Below are positions 49,708-59,010 of a stretch of DNA of 64,000 nucleotides, one piece after another. This DNA comes from Candidatus Anstonellales archaeon (GTDB taxonomy: Archaea > Micrarchaeota > Micrarchaeia > Anstonellales > J096): assembly GCA_038896535.1 (NCBI GenBank), contig JAWACY010000001.1, forward strand, positions 160,001 through 224,000. Reading direction: 5' to 3'. Made by a program: the position numbers and the translations under genes. The notes below the pieces were generated by a model. That model was given only the letters and a program-made list of their open reading frames with translations. It had not been told where the DNA came from and did not search any database. The first letter of the stretch is position 1, and each line of letters starts with the position of its first letter.

Positions 49708-50613
49708 ATGCATGCAGAAGTAAAAAAAATTTTAGAAGACATCAAGAGCATTAAGATACAGGGGGCTAGGAATATAGCGAAAGCAGTTTTAAATGCAATA
49801 AAAATAGAGGTAGCACATTCAAAATCAGTTAAAGAGTTAATGGCTAATATAGTTGAGATAAGAAATATATTAATGCAAACAAGAAAAACTGAGCCAATGG
49901 CAAGAAATTTAATTGAGGTTTCAACAAGGCATTTATTGAGCTATGCTTCTTTATCTGATAAAGAGGCTATAAAAAAACTTTTAGAGGATTCTGATAAAAT
50001 AATTCAAGAACTTGACAAATATTATAATAAGATGCTTGAATATGGAGCAGAGCACATCCCTGATGGAGCTGTTATTATAACAATATGCCATTCCTCCTCT
50101 GTTGTTGGAGTTTTGAAAAAAGCAAAAGAGATGGGTAAAGAGATAAATGTCATAAATTGTGAAACAAGGCCATTATTCCAAGGCAGAATAACGGCCAGAG
50201 AACTTGTTAATGCAGGAATAAAAGTAACACACATAATAGATAGCGAAGCAGCAGTATTTATAAAAAAATGTGATTCTGCATTGGTTGGGGCTGATGCAAT
50301 AGACGTTGAAGGGAACTTATACAATAAAGTCGGCACAAGGATGCTAGCAGAACTTTGTTATAATTATAATGTTTCATTCCATCCAATTTCAGAGCTGTTA
50401 AAATATGACCCAAAAACATTATTTGGAAAATTAGAGCCAATTGAATATAGAAGCCCAGATGAAATATGGCAGGGCTATCCAGATGGCATTAAAATTTTAA
50501 ATCCAGCATTTGACTATGTTCCAGCAGAGCTTATTAAATCATATATAACAGAAGAGGGCATTTTACACCCGCATGAGATAAAGCATGAATTTGAGAAAAA
50601 ATATAAATTGTAA
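49708..50613 (+). CDS. e2b2: Ribose-1,5-bisphosphate isomerase (eIF2B-like)
   Basis: 'IKIQGARNIA', 'TR.TEP', catalytic Cys in 'TICHSSSV', 'ETRP.FQG', 'VGADAI', 'NKVGT', 'NPAFD'. Confidence 0.9.
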   Translation: MHAEVKKILEDIKSIKIQGARNIAKAVLNAIKIEVAHSKSVKELMANIVEIRNILMQTRKTEPMARNLIEVSTRHLLSYASLSDKEAIKKLLEDSDKIIQELDKYYNKMLEYGAEHIPDGAVIITICHSSSVVGVLKKAKEMGKEINVINCETRPLFQGRITARELVNAGIKVTHIIDSEAAVFIKKCDSALVGADAIDVEGNLYNKVGTRMLAELCYNYNVSFHPISELLKYDPKTLFGKLEPIEYRSPDEIWQGYPDGIKILNPAFDYVPAELIKSYITEEGILHPHEIKHEFEKKYKL

Positions 50614-50620
50614 TATTTCT

Positions 50621-52201
50621 TTAAATTTTTGTTAATAAAAGTTTTTCCATAGATATTGGGGACATTGTTTCAAATGATTTTAATGCTAATGTAAGCCTTT
50701 CCTCATTATGGCTATAAATTGTCATTATTTTATCTCCTTTTTTTACAACATCGCCTTTTGCTTTCCATAAATAAATGCCAGCCCCTTTATCCATTGGAGC
50801 GCCAGCAATTCTTGCTATTCTTGATATGCCCTTATTGTCAATATGCTCTATTCTGCCATCTTTTTCAGCTATTATATCTATGCTTACATCGCCAATTTTT
50901 ATATCTTCTGACTTAATGTTAGGATTTCCCCCCTGCGCTTCTATTATCTCTTTCATCTTTTTTAATGCCTTACCTGAATTTAATATACTTTCTGCCATAG
51001 CAATGCCTTCCCCAAGTTTTGCTTTACCGCAAAGTTCAAGCAAAGTGCCAGCAATAAGAATTGCTTTTTCTTTTAAATCTGTTGGTCCTTTGCCTTCAAG
51101 GACTGAAAGCACATCTCTTGCTTCAAGCGCAGGACCAATACCATTGCCAATAGGTTCTGAGCCATCAGTAATAATGACAGCAGTATTAATGCCCAATCTT
51201 GTTGCAACGGTTTTAAATTTTTCCCCCATTGTTCTTCCCTCTTCTATATCTTCAACCTTTGCACCTCTCCCAATAGGTATGTCTATGATCAAATGTTTTG
51301 AACCAACTGCTTTTTTCTTAGCTAATATGCTTGCCATCATAACGCCTAATGGATCAAGCCTTAATGGCCTTCTTATTGCTATCATTTTATCATCTGCTGG
51401 AGCTATGTTAACGCCGCCTCCCCATACTATTGCGCCACCAACTTTTTTTGTTATTCTCTCCAGTTCTTCTAAGCTAAATTCAACAGGAGCAAGAACCTCC
51501 ATTGTATCAGCTGTTCCAGCAGGGGATGTTATTGCTCTGCTGCTTGTTTTTGGCATTAATGCCCCAGCAGCAGCTATTATTGGCACAACAACCATAGTTG
51601 TTCTGTTTGCAGCTACCCCGCCAATACAATGTTTATCAACAACATATTTTGAATCAAATGATATTTGCCCACCGCTTGAAACCATACCTTCTATTAAGCC
51701 TATAATTTCATCATCATCAAGCCCTCTTATTTGTGCAGCAACAAGAAAAGCAGCTATTTCTGGTTCTGCAAGTTTATTGTCAACGATATCTCTTACATAT
51801 GCTTTGAGTTCAGCATCAGATAATTTTGCCCCATTTATCTTTTTTATTATTCCTTCAATGCTTGTTGGAATTGGCATATGCCTTATTTCAAGTAAATCCC
51901 CATCCTTTATGTCTATTGCTTTCCTCACTTCTTCAAATATACCAACAAAGCCCCTGGCAATAACGCTTTGAGAAACATCAACAATTGCTACTGCTTCTTT
52001 ATCTCCTTTTTTTACTATAACTCTATTCCCTGGATATATGCTCATCTCTCTTGATTCCTGCTCATTTAATACTATAATATTTTTTCCAGCTTCAATATCA
52101 AATACCTTTGCCTGTACAATATAAAGTTTTTCTGCATAAACCTTTATCTCTTTGCTTGTTTTTAATGAAATATCAACACTATCGTAATGACCTTTTACCA
52201 A
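50621..52201 (-). CDS. AMP phosphorylase (NMP phosphorylase)
   Basis: N-terminal double-psi domain, 'DKHCIGGV', 'KTSSRAITSPAGTAD.ME', 'GIGPALEA'. Confidence 0.95.
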   Translation of the reverse strand: MVKGHYDSVDISLKTSKEIKVYAEKLYIVQAKVFDIEAGKNIIVLNEQESREMSIYPGNRVIVKKGDKEAVAIVDVSQSVIARGFVGIFEEVRKAIDIKDGDLLEIRHMPIPTSIEGIIKKINGAKLSDAELKAYVRDIVDNKLAEPEIAAFLVAAQIRGLDDDEIIGLIEGMVSSGGQISFDSKYVVDKHCIGGVAANRTTMVVVPIIAAAGALMPKTSSRAITSPAGTADTMEVLAPVEFSLEELERITKKVGGAIVWGGGVNIAPADDKMIAIRRPLRLDPLGVMMASILAKKKAVGSKHLIIDIPIGRGAKVEDIEEGRTMGEKFKTVATRLGINTAVIITDGSEPIGNGIGPALEARDVLSVLEGKGPTDLKEKAILIAGTLLELCGKAKLGEGIAMAESILNSGKALKKMKEIIEAQGGNPNIKSEDIKIGDVSIDIIAEKDGRIEHIDNKGISRIARIAGAPMDKGAGIYLWKAKGDVVKKGDKIMTIYSHNEERLTLALKSFETMSPISMEKLLLTKI

Positions 52202-52251
52202 TTTACCACCTTATTTTCCTCATTAATAATCGATACTCGTATTTTTAAATT

Positions 52252-52893
52252 TTATTTTTCTCTTATTTCTGCATCTTTTATTATTAGCTCCCCCCAGTCC
52301 TTATGCCATTTTATCTCTTTTTTAAGAATGATAATTCTTGAGTTGAAGAATGGCGCATCAAGAACAGCTGTTTCAGCTTCGCCACCCTCAAAAAATGGAT
52401 GTATAAATTCATTTTTTATATCTTTAAATTGCTTGCCAAGGCAATTTTTATCTAAGCCATATGCAGAAACTTTAACAACTAAAATTTCCATATCTTCATA
52501 TGCTTGCAATAATGAGAACCTTTTCCATAAAGGACAGAATGCTGGCACATGCAATTTTTCACTTATATAATCTATTCTTTGCTTTTGGTATTCGCTCTCA
52601 ACTGCACCAGAGCATATTGCATCAAACTCAAGTTCTTCTTTTAATTTTTTTAAGCACGTTAACATTTCTGATACTTCCCTTTCTTTTATACCAGAAACAT
52701 AAAACATGTAATGATGCATACCCAATGCCTTTGCCTGTAATTTTGTCAGATTAAGATTTTCGCTATGCAGCATATAGCTATGTTTCCTTTTTGGCATGAA
52801 TGTGACTAATATTGTTTCATAACCATTTGATTCCATCAAATGCGCAGCAAGTGTTGAATCTTTACCGCCAGTAAATAAACAAGCGACCCTCAT
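52252..52893 (-). CDS. dph6: Diphthine--ammonia ligase
   Basis: PP-loop 'LFTGGKDS', 'SYMLH', 'GAVESEYQK.R', 'PLW', 'EGGE.ET.VLDAPFF'. Confidence 0.92.
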   Translation of the reverse strand: MRVACLFTGGKDSTLAAHLMESNGYETILVTFMPKRKHSYMLHSENLNLTKLQAKALGMHHYMFYVSGIKEREVSEMLTCLKKLKEELEFDAICSGAVESEYQKQRIDYISEKLHVPAFCPLWKRFSLLQAYEDMEILVVKVSAYGLDKNCLGKQFKDIKNEFIHPFFEGGEAETAVLDAPFFNSRIIILKKEIKWHKDWGELIIKDAEIREK

Positions 52894-53897
52894 GCTCTCT
52901 TCTTTTTATATTTTCCATATTGCTTGCTGAATTTTTTGATTATTAAAAATGCAACCAGTATTAAAATAATAATTAATAAGGCAACCGCAATAATATAAAG
53001 TGTAAAATTATTCTGTTCTTTTTTTGTCTGCTCTGGTTTTTCTTCTACAAAAGGCTCTGTTTTGCTTTCATTTGCAATTTCTTTTGTTTCATTTTTCTGT
53101 TCCTTAATTACTTCCTCAGCCTTTTTTATCTTTGTTATATTTATTTCTAAACTAAATATTGCATTGTCTTTTAAGGCATAAATATTGTTATCCCAGCTTT
53201 CTAATGATGTTATATTTTCATAAGAACTTACTATATAAGAGCAATCGCTTTTATTATAAACATTAAGAGTTCCATTATAAAGGCCCAATATATAAAGGTC
53301 ATTAACTGCTATCTGTGTTGCATTTATACTGCAAAATGTTTTTCTTTCCAGATCAAATGGTATTATAATAAGATTATTTAATTTTTTATTATCAAGAAAA
53401 TAAAACGCATCTGATACAGAACCATGGATAAAAGAGCCATGCTCCCCATATTTTGTTTTTACATATCCGTTAAATGATAATGTTGCGTTATATATTGATA
53501 TTACTCCATAACTGTCTGCTGCAAGTATTGTATTATTTTTAGCCAGCATGACATTTTTACCATAATCATTAGCATATGTTGTTGGATTGAATAAACCAAT
53601 AATTTTAGATGGAGTTGAGTAATAAATATAAGTCCTATTATTATAATTTGTTTCGACAACGTCAAGAGCTTTTAAATTTTCTATCGTTACATCAAAGCTT
53701 TTTTCATTATCTTTAACATATATTTTCCCATCCCTGTTATTTATGAAATAGAATGTTTTGTCAAAAACCCTGAATTTTTCTAATTCCCTAAATTGTATAT
53801 CGCTTATTTTTTTATAGCTTACATTAATTGCTATCTCTTCATTTTGCCCAAACATTAAAAAGCACAGGAATAAAATTATGAATAATCTATTTATCAT
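52890..53897 (-). CDS. Membrane-anchored secreted protein (beta-rich, possibly propeller)
   Basis: N-terminal signal, beta-rich body, charged linker, C-terminal TM and basic tail. Confidence 0.72.
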   Translation of the reverse strand: MINRLFIILFLCFLMFGQNEEIAINVSYKKISDIQFRELEKFRVFDKTFYFINNRDGKIYVKDNEKSFDVTIENLKALDVVETNYNNRTYIYYSTPSKIIGLFNPTTYANDYGKNVMLAKNNTILAADSYGVISIYNATLSFNGYVKTKYGEHGSFIHGSVSDAFYFLDNKKLNNLIIIPFDLERKTFCSINATQIAVNDLYILGLYNGTLNVYNKSDCSYIVSSYENITSLESWDNNIYALKDNAIFSLEINITKIKKAEEVIKEQKNETKEIANESKTEPFVEEKPEQTKKEQNNFTLYIIAVALLIIILILVAFLIIKKFSKQYGKYKKKRA

Positions 53898-54657
53898 TTT
53901 TTTCTACCCCTCTTATTATTCTATTAAGTTTTTTATATATGGCAGGAGATGAAACAAAAACATTGTTGTCTTTTTCATTAAACATACTTCTAATTTTGCA
54001 TCCAGCATTTTTTGCTATTAATAAAGCAGCAGAAACATCCCAAGGCTTTACATCTATGCCAATAAAAGCATTAAATCTGCCAGAAGCAACATAACATATT
54101 TCAAGTGCAGCACTACCAAATTTTCTTATATCCCTGGTTTTATATTTTAACACGCTTAATAAGTTTATGAACCTTCTTATACTTTTATCGTTATTACTAT
54201 GACATGTGCCAAGAAATGCCCTTTTTATTTCATCATTATATGATGGTTTTATTATTTTTCCATTCAAATATGAAAATCCATTGTTCTTTGCATAAAACAT
54301 CTCATTTAGTATTGGGTTATAAACAACTGCACATATTGTATCTTTTCTGTATTTAAGAGCAATTGAGACATTAAAAAATGGAACATGATGCACAAAATTT
54401 GCTGTTCCGTCTAATGGGTCTATTACCCACAAATAATCCTTATCAATGTAATGAGCTCCAGATTCTTCTGCCAATATGCTATGCCTTGGAAAATATTTTT
54501 TTATCTCTTTTTTTATTATCTGCTCAGATTCCTTATCCGCTTTTGTTACTATATCTCTTATGCCCTTTTCTTCTTCTTTTACATGCATGTCGAAATATTT
54601 CTTTAATAAATCCCCGGCCTTTCTTGCTATTATTTTAGCTCTTTCTAAATACTCCAT
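53887..54657 (-). CDS. suhB: Inositol monophosphatase / FBPase family protein
   Basis: 'DIVTKAD', 'AEES', 'WVIDPLDGTANF', 'GSAALE', 'PWDVSAA'. ATG at 54657 preferred. Confidence 0.92.
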   Translation of the reverse strand: MEYLERAKIIARKAGDLLKKYFDMHVKEEEKGIRDIVTKADKESEQIIKKEIKKYFPRHSILAEESGAHYIDKDYLWVIDPLDGTANFVHHVPFFNVSIALKYRKDTICAVVYNPILNEMFYAKNNGFSYLNGKIIKPSYNDEIKRAFLGTCHSNNDKSIRRFINLLSVLKYKTRDIRKFGSAALEICYVASGRFNAFIGIDVKPWDVSAALLIAKNAGCKIRSMFNEKDNNVFVSSPAIYKKLNRIIRGVEKNDK

Positions 54658-54711
54658 ATATGATAAATGAAAATGGTTTTTAAAATCTTTCAATGCAAAG
54701 AAATTTTATAT

Positions 54712-54784
54712 GCCTCAGTAGCTCAGCTGGAAGAGCGACCGCCTTGTAAGCGGTAGGTCGGGGGTTCAAATCCCTCCTGGGGCT
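54712..54784 (+). tRNA. tRNA-Thr(TGT)
   Basis: Acceptor GCCTCAG/CTGGGGC, anticodon arm ACCGC-CT-TGT-AA-GCGGT, T-loop TTCAAAT. Confidence 0.96.
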
Positions 54785-54788
54785 CTGG

Positions 54789-54892
54789 GTAAGAAGGCAA
54801 ATTAACTTATACACACGCCTTCTTACAAACATCCCGCCCCTATTATTCCCTGTGGTAAGAAGGCACTAACCCTATTACACACGCCTTCTTAC
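54789..54892 (+). repeat. Array D of 38-bp palindromic REP-like units (2 units) 4 nt after tRNA-Thr
   Basis: Units at 54789-54826 and 54855-54892; linker AAACATCCCGCCCCTATTATTCCCTGTG. Confidence 0.93.
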
Positions 54893-54947
54893 AAATATCT
54901 GATTCATGTTATTGGATTCTTAAGTGAGGCAAAATCTTTATGGGCAG

Positions 54948-56093
54948 TTATTGTTCAATGTAAGATAAAAGGATAGTAGCACTAACTGCATCTGGTCCGT
55001 TATTTAATAAAATAATGAAATCATTGTTATTTAATTCACATATTGTAGTAAAATAAGCAGCATTTTTTATGCTACAATTTTTATAAACAAATACGCCTCT
55101 AGCACTTGTTTCTTTAAACTTCTCATAATTTTTTTCATCTAAAATGTATAATGTTATTGGTTTACTAGCATTTATTGATATTTTATAATTTCCATCTTCT
55201 GAAGAGCATTTTTTATAAGAATAATAATAAAAAGGCGGCATTAAAATTGTTTCATTAATATCATTTACATAAACTTGGTATGTTATTTTTTCATACATAA
55301 TATCATTTGTATCATTGCTGTGCTCATACCCAAGTATATGCCCTATTTCATGTTTTGCAATTTTCTCTATTGTTTTTGGGCTATAAAATTGATAGCGGTC
55401 ATAACATTTGTTGTCGCCCAATCCGATATCTATTAATACACCACCAACCTCTGCCTCCCCAATTTTTTCTTCTGATATTTCTTTGAACCACTTTAAAATT
55501 ATTGTTTCATTATTTCTCTCATTTGTTTCATAAAAGCTTATGCCTGTTTTTGCGCTCCAATAATCAAATGCATTTTTTATAGCATTTTTGTATGACTCCC
55601 TTAGATCATTAGAGAGTGATTGTGGTAAATCATTTATATAATATGATATTTTATCAAAAACAAGAACTGCAGTAGAATTTTCTAAAATTCCATTTTTACT
55701 TATACCAATTATTTTTATATTATAAAGCCCTGGTTCATATAAAATAAGTTTATCCCTTTCATCTTCTGGAAGTGTTAAATCTTTGTTTAAATTTATTGTT
55801 CTGTTTTCTATTATTGAATGATCTTTCAACCTTTGTATTTCTATATAACATTTTATATTTTCATCTTGCATATCATAGCACGAGTATTCCAAATTTAGAA
55901 AGAGGGGCGGTTTACTTTCATTTTTCATTACTTTTATCCAAATAGCATTATATGAAATTGTCTTGTTTTCTTCATGCACAGCAGTTGTTTGTTCTTCATT
56001 AATATTTTTTTCTGTAACATTAGAAAAGCATCCAGAAAAAAATAAGCAAAAAGCAAAAATTATAAGGCATTTTTTCATAAATTCATTTATCAT
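54948..56093 (-). CDS. Matrixin-family (M10) zinc metalloprotease, putative lipoprotein
   Basis: 'FSGC' lipobox-like signal, 'HEIGHILGYEHS', Met-turn 'DIMY'. Confidence 0.88.
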   Translation of the reverse strand: MINEFMKKCLIIFAFCLFFSGCFSNVTEKNINEEQTTAVHEENKTISYNAIWIKVMKNESKPPLFLNLEYSCYDMQDENIKCYIEIQRLKDHSIIENRTINLNKDLTLPEDERDKLILYEPGLYNIKIIGISKNGILENSTAVLVFDKISYYINDLPQSLSNDLRESYKNAIKNAFDYWSAKTGISFYETNERNNETIILKWFKEISEEKIGEAEVGGVLIDIGLGDNKCYDRYQFYSPKTIEKIAKHEIGHILGYEHSNDTNDIMYEKITYQVYVNDINETILMPPFYYYSYKKCSSEDGNYKISINASKPITLYILDEKNYEKFKETSARGVFVYKNCSIKNAAYFTTICELNNNDFIILLNNGPDAVSATILLSYIEQ

Positions 56094-56108
56094 TGGTATT
56101 TAAAATTA

Positions 56109-56600
56109 TTAGTCAAATCTGAAATTTACTATGCCAAGAAATGTTATGGCATTGTTTTCTTTTACTGCATACACCAAGCCCTTTTTCATCATTAAAGCCT
56201 TTGTTATATCATTTTTAGCTGTTTTTGCACTTATATATTCACTATCTTTTATTACTCTCATTAAATAAGCAGTTCTGTCTTTTCCTTGCCTAAAACCCTT
56301 TTTTCCAACCAGTAAATAAGTATTGCCCTCATTATCAATGGTTTCTCTTGCTATATAGCCATTATCTCTTAAATATTTGAAAACTTCATACGTATGTCTA
56401 TTTTTTTCTATATAATCTTTTACCTCATCTATGCCCTTTATTTCGTTCTTTATTTCTTCCTTATCTATGAGTCCATTTTCAAGAGCATAGAATAACTCAA
56501 ATTCTGTTAATAAGAGTTTTTCTCCTTGTTTTAAGCCTATCCCAACATTATAAACTTTTTCATATTTGACTCTATTTCTATTTATATCAAGGCTTTGCAT
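56109..56600 (-). CDS. tRNA-splicing endonuclease-like non-catalytic (beta/structural) subunit
   Basis: 'L.L..FELFYALE.G', 'YEVFKYLRDNGY', C-terminal 'KKGLVYAV....ITFL'; lacks the KFG.DF.vY and His catalytic motifs. Confidence 0.7.
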   Translation of the reverse strand: MQSLDINRNRVKYEKVYNVGIGLKQGEKLLLTEFELFYALENGLIDKEEIKNEIKGIDEVKDYIEKNRHTYEVFKYLRDNGYIARETIDNEGNTYLLVGKKGFRQGKDRTAYLMRVIKDSEYISAKTAKNDITKALMMKKGLVYAVKENNAITFLGIVNFRFD

Positions 56601-56648
56601 ATATAAATAATAAAAAGGAATTAAAAAATTATAACACCTTATAATATT

Positions 56649-57716
56649 ATGCAGTTATGCTTTATATGCAAGCAAAGATTTAGGCTTCCATTTCAAGAAG
56701 GTTGCTGCTCAATATGCAGAGATAATAGTATGGTTTTTGCGTATAATATAAAAAATAGCATTATCAATAAGCCAGAAGGAGCAAGAACCTTTTATATTAA
56801 AGGCATAAATACAAAAAGACTTACTGAATGCATGCTTAATGAAGAGGTTTTTTTTAATTTCTCTATTGGGCAGAGTATAAAATCTTGGATGAATGCATAT
56901 GCACTGCAAAAGATAAAAGAAAAAACAGGGCTTGAACCAAAAACAAGAAACCCAGATGTTTATTATCTAATATCTTTTCCAGATGGATTGGTTGGTTTTG
57001 AATATGGAGACGTTTTTATATATGGCAAATACAACAAATTAAAGTCCGGGATTAGCCAAAAAAGATGGAAAAAATATGAAAAATCAGTTGAGTCAATAAT
57101 TGGAGAAATTGCTCTTAACTATTTTCAGGCAGGTGCATATTATTTACATTGCTCTGGCAGAGAAGATGTTGATGTCATGAATTTTGGTTATAGGCCATTT
57201 GTAATAGAATTAAAAAGCGCAAAAAAACGCTGGCTTGATTTAAAGGCATTAGAAGAAAAGATAAATAAAAGTGAAGAAGTTAAAGTAATTATAAACGGCT
57301 ATGTTAGAGACAATTTTGTGAAGCTCGTTAGCAATAGCCATTTTGATAAAGTATATAAGGCATATATTTATCCAGCATTAACAGAAGAAGAAAAAGAAAA
57401 ATTAAAAAATATAAAAGACCTAGTAATAAATCAGAAAACTCCAAAAAGAGTGCTCTCAAGGAGGGCAGACAAATTGAGAAAAAGAAAAATATATTCAATT
57501 GATTTTGATGAAGATAATGCCATGATCATTAAAGCTGAAGCAGGAACTTATATAAAAGAGTTTATAAGCGGCGATGATGGCAGGACAAGCCCAAGCATTT
57601 CAAGTATTATAGGAAAGCAAGCCTATTGCAAACAGCTGTTAGTGAATGAAATAAAAAGCGATTTTCTTGATTTTGTTTTTGAAAAATCTAATAAATATAA
57701 CTATTTGGCCATGTGA
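56649..57716 (+). CDS. pus10: tRNA pseudouridine(54/55) synthase Pus10
   Basis: N-terminal Cys pairs, 'G.YNKL...ISQ..W', catalytic 'SGREDVDV', 'RPFVIE', 'QKTP.RV..RR', 'AGTYIKEFISGD.GRT.PS'. Confidence 0.95.
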   Translation: MQLCFICKQRFRLPFQEGCCSICRDNSMVFAYNIKNSIINKPEGARTFYIKGINTKRLTECMLNEEVFFNFSIGQSIKSWMNAYALQKIKEKTGLEPKTRNPDVYYLISFPDGLVGFEYGDVFIYGKYNKLKSGISQKRWKKYEKSVESIIGEIALNYFQAGAYYLHCSGREDVDVMNFGYRPFVIELKSAKKRWLDLKALEEKINKSEEVKVIINGYVRDNFVKLVSNSHFDKVYKAYIYPALTEEEKEKLKNIKDLVINQKTPKRVLSRRADKLRKRKIYSIDFDEDNAMIIKAEAGTYIKEFISGDDGRTSPSISSIIGKQAYCKQLLVNEIKSDFLDFVFEKSNKYNYLAM

Positions 57717-57753
57717 TGTTAATGGCAATAAAATAGCTTTAATTATCTATTGT

Positions 57754-59010
57754 CTATCTAGTGTCTAAATACATAACTTTTATGAAATATGCTATTATTG
57801 CGAGTATTGCAATGCCTATAATAATTAAGAGTGTTTTTACTATATCTATTTGTTGCACTATTTCTTCCTTTATTTCAGTTCTCCCTTGCTCGTATGTTAT
57901 ATCGGCATTTACCACTCTCTTGTTTCCTGCTTTATCATATAGTTCTAATATAAATGAGTTTTTATCTTTCAGGCCGATAAGTTTTACAAAATATTCATTT
58001 TTTTTCAGGCTAACAGGCATTTCCAGGCCATTCAGATATGCTTTAACGCCAGCAATGCCAGATGCAAACCTGCCTTCATCAGAAACAAAGAATTTTGCAC
58101 TTAAGCTGCCATCCTCCAAGCTTTTTTCGATAAAAAGACCAGCAAGCCTTGGAGCATGAATATCAATGTAATAATTTAATCCCTTTTCTGTATCAACATT
58201 TAATTTTATCTCATTACCAGCAGTGTATAAAAATGCTTCATAAGTGCCTGAGAATATTGGTATTATCAGCATTTCTCCATTTGAGCTATAGCTCTTTCCA
58301 TCTATTGTTATGTTAAAAGGCAGCGGATTCTCATAATCATCAAAGACTCTTGCAGGCATATTAACCTTTCTGAATGATATGACTATTGATGATCCGTTAT
58401 CTATCGTTGTGTTAAAATACTTCTTTATTCCCTTGTCTCTTAATATAGCATATCCATCTATATTCCCTGCAGGCAGGGTCAAATAAAGGCCTGCATCGCT
58501 AATATTGAATTCATGGCCACTAGAAAATACTATGCTAGCATTTGTCTCTTTATCCTCTTCAAAAACTTTTATTGGCACGGTATAAGAATCAACCTTTATT
58601 AGCGTTACATCGGAGATATTTTTTAAATCGATTTTTGTGCTCCAGTTTTTGCCAAGAAGAGAATAATAAACAGTTATTATACAATCAAGCTTTTCTTCAT
58701 TCTCTTCATTGTTTGATACAAAAAATGTTAATTTACCATCACTGCCAGTTTTTCTCGTTGTTGTTTCAACATAAATTGGTTGGAAACTTCCATTTATGTA
58801 TCTGCCTATTGTTGTGCTCTGCTGGTAATAAAGCTTTGCCTCTACATTTGCTGCAGCAATGAAGTTGTTGTCTACAAATTGTATCTTTATTTCTTCTTTG
58901 AATTTTGGCTTGCATAAATTGGCTGAAAATGCAAGGTTAAAAATTAATATTAATAGAAAAAGCAGTGTAAAATACCTTTTATTGATGACTCTATTATTTT
59001 TCAGCATCAT
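57754..59010 (-). CDS. Membrane-anchored secreted protein with Ig-like/beta-sandwich modules
   Basis: N-terminal signal, 'D..AP', 'SG', 'YDKAGN' Ig-like motifs, C-terminal TM. Confidence 0.75.
   Translation of the reverse strand: MMLKNNRVINKRYFTLLFLLILIFNLAFSANLCKPKFKEEIKIQFVDNNFIAAANVEAKLYYQQSTTIGRYINGSFQPIYVETTTRKTGSDGKLTFFVSNNEENEEKLDCIITVYYSLLGKNWSTKIDLKNISDVTLIKVDSYTVPIKVFEEDKETNASIVFSSGHEFNISDAGLYLTLPAGNIDGYAILRDKGIKKYFNTTIDNGSSIVISFRKVNMPARVFDDYENPLPFNITIDGKSYSSNGEMLIIPIFSGTYEAFLYTAGNEIKLNVDTEKGLNYYIDIHAPRLAGLFIEKSLEDGSLSAKFFVSDEGRFASGIAGVKAYLNGLEMPVSLKKNEYFVKLIGLKDKNSFILELYDKAGNKRVVNADITYEQGRTEIKEEIVQQIDIVKTLLIIIGIAILAIIAYFIKVMYLDTR

Noticed and set aside
50775..51971. 398-aa plus-strand ORF
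   Set aside because: Antisense shadow of the AMP phosphorylase gene with no recognisable motifs. The same applies to the many short antisense ORFs over alaS, infB, cdc48, fusA and gyrA/gyrB.
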